A stretch of DNA of 5,695 bases, from assembly GCF_006345805.1 (NCBI RefSeq), contig NW_021829984.1, positions 1-5,695 on the forward strand, written 5' to 3'. The position numbers and the translations under genes are program-made. Shown here piece after piece: positions 1 through 5,695 of this stretch (positions within the stretch are counted from its first letter, which is position 1; every line of letters starts with the position of its first letter). The notes under the pieces were generated by a model. The model was not told the origin of the DNA, ran no database searches, and was given only the letters and a program-made list of their open reading frames with translations. This DNA comes from Octopus sinensis. Lineage: Eukaryota.

Positions 1-133
1 GGCCATGCTGCAGCACCGCCTTTAATCGAGCAAATCGACCCCGGGACTTATTCTTTGCAAGCCCAGTACTTATTCTATCGGTCTTCTTTGCCGAATCGCT
101 AAGTGACGGGGACGTAAACACACCAGCATCGGT

Positions 134-145
134 TGTCAAGCAATG
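134..145. repeat. Target-site duplication, left copy (TGTCAAGCAATG)
   Basis: Identical to 537-548; the uninterrupted copy carries this sequence once (CATTGCTTGACA near 1406-1417). Confidence 0.95.
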
Positions 146-536
146 GACGATGGAAGCACTCCGTCGGTTCCGACGACGAGGGTTCCGGTTGATCCGAATC
201 AACGGAACAGCCTGCTTGTGAAATTAACGTGTAAGTGGCTGAGCACTCCACAGACACGTGTACCCTTAACGTAGTTCTCGGGGATATTCAGCGTGACACA
301 GAGAGTGACAAGGCCGGCCCTTTGAAATACAGGTACAACAGAAACAGGAAGTAAGAGTGAGAGAAAGTTGTGGTGAAAGAGTACAGCAGGGATCGCCACC
401 ATCCCCTGCCGGAGCCTCGTGGAACTTTTAGGTGTTTTCGCACAATAAACACTCACAACGCCCGGTCTGGGAATCGAAACCGCGATCCTACGACCGCGAG
501 TCCGCTGCCCTAACCACTGGGCCATTGCGCCCCCAC
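146..536 (-). mobile_element. Full-length tRNA-derived SINE, family B (391 bp), nested in family A
   Basis: Minus strand starts GTGGGGGCGCAATGGCCCAGTGGTTAGG with A box TGGCCCAGTGG (514-524) and B-box-like GGTTTCGATTCC (470-481). Unrelated to family A. Flanked by an exact 12-bp direct repeat, and the host SINE rejoins seamlessly when it is removed. Confidence 0.9.
470..524 (-). promoter_or_regulatory. Pol III type-2 internal promoter (A and B boxes) of SINE B
   Basis: TGGCCCAGTGG matches TRGCNNARYGG; GGTTTCGATTCC is close to GGTTCGANNCC; tRNA-like spacing. Confidence 0.75.
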
Positions 537-548
537 TGTCAAGCAATG
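537..548. repeat. Target-site duplication, right copy (TGTCAAGCAATG)
   Basis: Identical to 134-145. Confidence 0.95.
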
Positions 549-736
549 CTAGGGGGACAAACACAGACACACAAACATATATACATATATTCAGTTTCCG
601 TCTACCAAATCCACTCACAAGGCTTTGGTCGGCCCGAGGCTATAGCAGAAGACACTTGCCCAAGATGTCACGCAGTGGGACTGAACCCGGAACCATGTGG
701 TTGGTAAACGAGCTACTTACCACACAGCCACTCACG

Positions 737-869
737 TGTTTCGCTCATTGGATTGCGACCATGCTGGGTCACCACCTTGAAGGATTTAATCGGACAAATA
801 GTCCTGTTCTGCCAGACTTCTGAGTTACAGGGATGTAAACAAACCAACGCCGTTTCTCAAGTGCTGGTG
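737..869 (-). mobile_element. Old, diverged 3' fragment with a family-A-like SINE tail
   Basis: TGTTTCGCTCATTGGATTGCGACCATGCTGGGTCACCACCTT and GGGATGTAAACAAACCAACGCCGTTTCTCAAG align to the reverse complement of the 1410-1570 tail, with many substitutions and a non-aligning middle. Confidence 0.65.
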
Positions 870-919
870 CTGATGATGGTGATGGTGGTGGTGATTATCC
901 ATACATAATATCTATCCAC

Positions 920-1000
920 CTATTCCCTCTTTTCTTTCTCCCTATATCTCTCTCCCACTCTTTCTCTCTCCTCTCTCTCCATCCAGGTATCTTTTCTTTC
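920..1000. repeat. Short CT-rich low-complexity tract
   Basis: Almost entirely C/T on the + strand. Confidence 0.8.
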
Positions 1001-1004
1001 AATA

Positions 1005-1183
1005 GGCGCAGGAGTGACTGTGTGGTAAGTAGCTTGCTTTCCAACCACATGGTTCTGGGTTCAGTCCCACTGCGTGGCACCTTGGGCAAGTGTCTTCTAT
1101 TATAGCCCCGGGCCGACCAATGCCTTGTGAGCGGATTTGGTAGACGGAAACTGAAAGAAGCCCATGTATATTATATATATAAA
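1005..1183 (+). mobile_element. SINE family A, 5' half only (head and body up to the AT microsatellite)
   Basis: GGCGCAGGAG start, A-box-like TGACTGTGTGG (1015-1025), B-box-like GGTTCAGTCCC (1058-1068), body ...GGTAGACGGAAACTGAAAGAAGCCC, then a TA-rich stretch. Confidence 0.9.
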
Positions 1184-1588
1184 GGTGTAGAGTGACTGTG
1201 TGGGTGGTAAGTAGCTTGCTTACCAACCACATGGTTATGGGTTTCAGTCCCACTGCGTGGCATCTTGGGCAAGTGTCTTCTATATAGCCCCGGGCGACCA
1301 ATGCCTTGTGAGTGGATTTGGTAGACGGAAACTGAAAGAAACCTGTCGTATATATGTGTGTGTGTGTGTGTGTGTGTTTGTGTGTGTGTTGGGTTTGTCC
1401 CCCTAGCATTGCTTGACACCGATGCTGGTGTGTTTACGTCCCCGTCACTTAGTGGTTCGGCAAAAGAGATCGATAGAATAAGTACTGGGCTTACAAAGAA
1501 TAAGTCACGGGGTCGATTTGCTCGACTGAAGGCGGTGCTCCAGCATGGCCGCAGTCAAATGACTGAAACAAGTAAAAGAGTTAAAGAG
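1184..1588 (+). mobile_element. SINE family A, full-length copy
   Basis: Second head (with indels: TGTGTGG+GTGG, GGTTTCAGTCCC), central (TG)n at ~1354-1390, and tail ending GACTGAAACAAGTAAAAGAGTTAAAGAG. Confidence 0.9.
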
Positions 1589-1610
1589 AATGCATCATTC
1601 TGGTTATCGA

Positions 1611-2476
1611 TCTCTCTCTCTTTCGCTTTCTTCTACTTCTTTCTATCCCTCCTTCTCTTTTCCTCTCTCACTTGGTTCCTGTCTCTCTCTCTCTATCTCT
1701 CTCTCTCTCTCTTTCTCACTCACTTTCTCTTTTTATCCATGTCTCTTTCTATTTCTCTCTCTTTTCCCCTCTCCTCACTCTCTGTCGTTCTCTCTCCTTT
1801 TCTTTCCCTCTCTGTTTTCTCTCTTACATTCTCACCCCCTCACTCTCCCCTCCTTCTCTTTCTATCTATCACCCTCCTCAAGCTGTATCTCTCTCTCTCT
1901 GTCTCTTTCACTTTCTCTTTCTCTCTCTCTTTTTCTCTGTCTTTCTCTCTCTCTATTTCTCCCTCTCTTTAACTCTCTCTCTTTCTGTCTCTATCTATCT
2001 ATCACCCTCCACGCACTGTCTCTCCCCCTTTCTCTCTCCCTCTTTCTCTCCCTCTCTCTCTCTCTTTCTTTCTCTCCCTCTCTCTCTCTTCCATCTCTCT
2101 CTACCTTTCTTTCCCCCTTTCTTTCTCTGTCTCTCATTTTTATTTTCTTTCTCTCTCTCTCTCTCTCTCTTTCAGCATTTATCTTTCTCTCTTTCTCTCT
2201 CACTCTCTGTCCTCTCTCTCTCTGTCTCTCTCTCTCTCCAAACAATCTATCCCTCTCTATCCCTCCCTATCTGTCTCTTTCACTTTCTCTTTCTTTCTCT
2301 CTTTTTCTCTGTCTTTCTCTCTCTCTCCTTTTCTCCCTCTCTTTAACTCTCTCTATCTATCACCCTCCTCGCACTGTCTCTCCCTCCTTCTCTCTCCCTC
2401 TCTCTCTTTCCGTCTCTCAGCTTCTCTCTCTCCTTCTCTCTGTCTCAGCCTCTCTCTCTCCATACTACCTTTCTTT
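1611..2476. repeat. Long degenerate (CT)n polypyrimidine/polypurine tract
   Basis: ~865 bp of mostly C/T on the + strand, with many (CT)n runs. Confidence 0.95.
1899..2400 (+). repeat. Internal direct duplication in the CT tract (~1899-2040 vs ~2271-2400)
   Basis: Shared purine landmarks in the same order: CTGTCTCTTTCACTTTC, CTTTAACTC, CTATCTATCACCCTCC, GCACTGTCTCTCCC. Confidence 0.8.
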
Positions 2477-2480
2477 GAAG

Positions 2481-2580
2481 TCAACACCGACATTACAAGA
2501 CGACGAACCGCCAAGTCAAAGATCTTTACTATATGGCCATTGGAACGTTTCCGGTTCACTGCTTCCGACTAAGTTGGGAG
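2481..2580 (+). other. Candidate internal coding exon (100 bp), gene unidentified
   Basis: Non-repetitive, CpG-containing island after the polypyrimidine tract; TTTCTTTGAAG| acceptor (non-optimal AAG) and GAG|GTAACG donor. Two frames are open: QHRHYKTTNRQVKDLYYMAIGTFPVHCFRLSWE and STPTLQDDEPPSQRSLLYGHWNVSGSLLPTKLG. No family recognised. Confidence 0.3.
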
Positions 2581-2631
2581 GTAACGGAAAGGAGGTGGTA
2601 ACGAGGCTGATGGGAGGGGGGGTGAACGTTC

Positions 2632-3101
2632 TAATGATGCTGGTGATGTGGTGGCGGCGGTGGCACTGGGTGGTGGTGGTGGTGGTGGTAGTAGTTGTGG
2701 TAATAGTAGTACCGTTGTTGTTGCGGTGAAGGTATTGGTGTTTGCTGACGTAGTGTTCGTGACGGTATGGTGTTGTCGATAAATTGTAGTGGTGTTGGCG
2801 CTAGTTGCAGTAGTCGTATTGGTTTTAGTAGTAGTAGGGGTTCTACTAATGCTAGCAGAAATAATAGTAGTAGCAGCAGCAGTAGTAGTAGTAGTAGTGG
2901 TAGTAGTAGCAGTAGTAGAAAGATAGTAGCAGTAGTAATAGCAGTTGTAGTAGCTGCAGTAGCAGTTAAGGTAGTATTACTGGCAGTAGTAGTAGTAGTA
3001 GTGGTGGTGGTGGTCGTGGTAGTAGTAGCAATAGTAGTAGTAGTTGCAGTGGTAATGGTAGCAGCAGTAACATTATTATTATTATTATTTTTATTATTAT
3101 A

Positions 3102-3132
<31 letters not shown>

Positions 3133-3267
3133 TATTATTATTAGTAGTAGTAGTAGTAGTAGTAGTAGTATAGTAGTAATAGTAGTAGTGGTAGTGGTGG
3201 TAGTCGTAGTAGTACTAGTAGTAGTGTTTGTAGCCTTGAAAGTAGTAGTAGTAGTAGTAATGGTAGT

Positions 3268-3328
<61 letters not shown>
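2632..3328. repeat. Compound trinucleotide microsatellite: (GGT)n, degenerate NGT, (AGT/AGC)n, (ATT)n at 3072-3143, (AGT)n at 3143-3328
   Basis: Directly visible period-3 runs. Confidence 0.95.
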
Positions 3329-3600
3329 TAACTCTTAGTATTCGAATTGTAAGATTCATTGAATTGAAAAGTGCTCCACAAATGCTTTGAAGTATATTGG
3401 GGCTATGTCCGTTGACTGTGTAAAATACAGCGACGCACAGACTGGTAGATTTCCTTTGTGATGGAAGAGCTGGCATCGCTGGTGGGGGTTTGATGATGGT
3501 ATTTGTCCCCTATCTTGGGCCGAGTTGCTGTTATACACACCGACACACAGACATTGTATAACACATGTGACGGGGTCACTGTTGCAGTCAAAATCAACAA

Positions 3601-4825
3601 CTATAGCCACGAATACTAACTACTATACTGTACATTAGATAATGTAGTCCTAGATACACTATGCCTGAATAAAAGATGGGATGGTCACAGCTGGAACGTC
3701 TTTGATCATAGGTCTACTGGATCAGGACTGACCTGGGGCTAAGCAACACAACCATAGCCACTAATACTAACTACTATACTATACAGTTGAGATTGTAGTC
3801 CTAGATACACTATGTCTGAATAAAAGACAGGATTGTCCCAGCTGGAGCGTTTTTGATCATAGGTCTACTGGATCAGGACTGACCTGGGGCTAAACAACAA
3901 CAGTTATAGCCACTAATACTAACTAGTATAGTATACATTAGATAATGTACTCCTAGATACACTATGCCTGAATAAAAGACGGGATGGTCACAGCTGGAAC
4001 GTCTTTGATCATAGGTCTACTGGATCAAGACTGACCTGGAGCTAAACAACAACAACTACTATAACCACTAATACTAACTATTACAATAAACATTAGATAA
4101 TGTAGTCCTAGATACACTATGTCTGAATAAAAGACAGGATTGTCACAGCTGGAGCGTCTTTGATCATAGGTCTACTGGATCAGTACTGACCTGGGGCTAA
4201 GCAACACAACTATAGCCACTAATACTAACTACTATACTATACATTAGACAATGTAGTCCTAGATACTCTATGCCTGAATAAAAGATGGGATGGTCACAGC
4301 TGGAGCGTCTTTGATCATGGGTCTGTCTGAATCAGGACTGACCTGGGGCTAAGCAACACACCTATATCCTCTAATACTTACGACTATACTATACATTTGA
4401 TAATGTAGTCCTAGATACACTATGCCTGAATAAAAGATGGGATGGTCACAGCTGGAGCGTCTTTGATCATGGGTCTGTCTGAATCAGGACTGACCTGGGG
4501 CTAAGCAACACACCTATATCCTCTAATACTTACGACTATACTATACATTTGATAATGTAGTCCTAGATACACTATGCCTGAATAAAAGATGGGATGGTCA
4601 CAGCTGGAGCATCTTTGATCATGGGTCTGTCTGGATCAGGACTGACCTGGGGCTAAGCAACACACCTATAGCCTCTTATACTTACTACTCTACTATACAT
4701 TTGATAATGTAGTCCTAGTTACACTATGTCTGGCTAAAAGGCGGGATTGTCACAGCTGGAACATGTTCGATCATAAATCTGCCCGGATCAGGATTGGCCT
4801 GGGGCTAAACAACAACAACAACAAC
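3601..4825 (+). repeat. Tandem minisatellite, 8 units of 151-160 bp (starts 3601, 3752, 3904, 4059, 4210, 4362, 4514, 4666), probably derived from a retroposon 3' tail
   Basis: Each unit has TGTAGTCCTAG or a one-base variant, ACACTATG(C/T)CTG (ACTCTATG in unit 5), CAGCTGGA, GATCAT, and ends in CCTGG(G/A)GCTAA plus an AAC-rich tail; unit 8 ends in (AAC)6 at 4808-4825. The retroposon origin is inferred. Confidence 0.95.
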
Positions 4826-5027
4826 AGCCCCAACTACAATACCAACAACGTATCATATATCACCAATATGCTCCTATTGTCAACTCTTCTAACCAAACAC
4901 CGCGAACATTACAGCACAAACCTCCATTTTCTTTCAGCTAAACAACACTTCCAATGTCACTCCGACGATTGTATATACCTCAACGCAGCCGTTTTCCTTT
5001 ATATACACCCGTTATTGTTTGCCGTAG

Positions 5028-5222
5028 ATTGATTAATAATATTAATAATATTTGTTTTATCAGCGACGAATGTGTTTCGTTACAAACATCCATTCTTCTT
5101 TAACAATTGTTAAGAAAGTCCATTTAGAAGACGAGAGTTAAAATGGCGAAGGGTGAAATGCAAATGGCGGTTACGACATTAATATTCGTCAGGTTGTAAC
5201 AATTCTCTCGCCTTTCATTTAT
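5028..5222. repeat. Possible fragment of an unclassified interspersed repeat containing a palindrome
   Basis: AT-rich with perfect palindrome TTAACAATTGTTAA (5100-5113). Resembles a recurrent Octopus repeat from memory only; there is no second copy in the window. Confidence 0.3.
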
Positions 5223-5269
5223 TCATCTTAGTGTTTCGGGCTGCAATAAATTATGTGCTGAGCGTAGCC

Positions 5270-5311
5270 ATGTGTTTGTGTGTGATTATGAGTGAGTGTG
5301 TGTGTGTGTGT

Positions 5312-5351
<40 letters not shown>

Positions 5352-5377
5352 TAATGAGCACATGTACAAAAACACGA

Positions 5378-5411
<34 letters not shown>

Positions 5412-5661
5412 GTATATACGTTTGTACATGTATGTATACATGTATATGTATATATATATATGAGTGTGTGTATGTGCGTGAGTGTGTGAATGTGAGTGTG
5501 TGTATACACATACATGTGCACAAATACGCAATACATTTATGTATAGATGTGTGTACGTGTATATGTATCTGTGTTTGAACACACACACATATATATGCAT
5601 ACGTATATATATGTATATATATATATATAAATACATATGTATATATATATATGCATATGTA

Positions 5662-5695
<34 letters not shown>
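5270..5695. repeat. Compound dinucleotide microsatellite (TG)n/(CA)n/(TA)n
   Basis: Largely alternating purine-pyrimidine sequence to the window end. Confidence 0.95.

Larger units (their letters stand above)
1..733 (-). mobile_element. tRNA-derived SINE, family A (host copy; split into 537-733 and 1-145 by a nested insertion; 3' end runs off the window)
   Basis: Reverse complement has A-box-like TGGCTGTGTGG (720-730) and B-box-like GGTTCAGTCCC (677-687), then body, central (TA)/(TG) microsatellite and tail, collinear with the plus-strand copy at 1184-1588 (about 11 differences over the ~145-bp tail, counted by eye). Resembles abundant Octopus SINEs from memory. Confidence 0.9.

Noticed and set aside
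460-536. Functional tRNA gene (also the heads at 670-733 and 1005-1075)
   Set aside because: A and B boxes are present, but acceptor and anticodon stems do not pair properly and the sequence continues into a SINE body.
199-1419. ORFs across the SINEs
   Set aside because: They overlap non-coding SINE sequence, cross insertion junctions, and have no recognisable domains.
1358-2729. Long ORFs of 204, 224 and 379 aa (Leu/Ser/Phe-rich)
   Set aside because: They result from the CT tract, which can rarely form stop codons; the translations are low-complexity.
2700-3476. Poly-Val/Ser/Tyr/Thr/Leu ORFs, including a mucin-like Thr-rich minus frame
   Set aside because: They are translations of trinucleotide repeats; the register shifts near 2920, so there is no sustained frame.
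3466-3520. AGIAGGGLMMVFVP resembling the TauE/SafE GxGGG motif
   Set aside because: Short Gly-rich similarity in a stop-bounded frame with no other family features.
3601-4825. CRISPR array
   Set aside because: The whole unit is repeated; there are no unique spacers, no cas genes, and the context is eukaryotic.
3601-4825. Tandem hammerhead ribozymes (retrozyme or satellite type)
   Set aside because: No CTGANGA core on either strand of the units (CTGAATA, CTGACCT and CTGATCC only). An Infernal search would settle other ribozyme classes.
5065-5200. Pseudoknot-like pairing GACGAAT/ATTCGTC and GTTACAA/TTGTAAC
   Set aside because: 7-bp matches are expected by chance in AT-rich sequence of this length, and the loop geometry is atypical.
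5231-5636. Cys/Val- and His/Thr-rich ORFs
   Set aside because: They are translations of TG/CA/TA dinucleotide repeats.

Overview
Eukaryotic, repeat-dominated, probably non-coding or intronic DNA. The SINEs and simple repeats resemble those I recall from Octopus/cephalopod genomes; this is recollection, not a search result. Layout: (i) 1-1588, a cluster of tRNA-derived SINEs: a minus-strand SINE (family A) interrupted by a complete, different SINE (family B) with a perfect 12-bp target-site duplication, an old degraded family-A tail, and a plus-strand family-A element with a tandemly duplicated head, inverted relative to the first; (ii) 1611-2476, an ~865-bp polypyrimidine tract with an internal duplication; (iii) a 100-bp non-repetitive candidate exon, followed by compound trinucleotide microsatellites to ~3328; (iv) 3601-4825, eight tandem 151-160-bp units that look like an amplified retroposon 3' tail, with structured variant sharing; (v) a short AT-rich stretch with a palindrome and a terminal alternating purine-pyrimidine microsatellite block. 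None of the supplied ORFs is a credible gene. I found no convincing new biological system; the retroposon-tail-like minisatellite and the nested/inverted SINE arrangement are the most interesting items.
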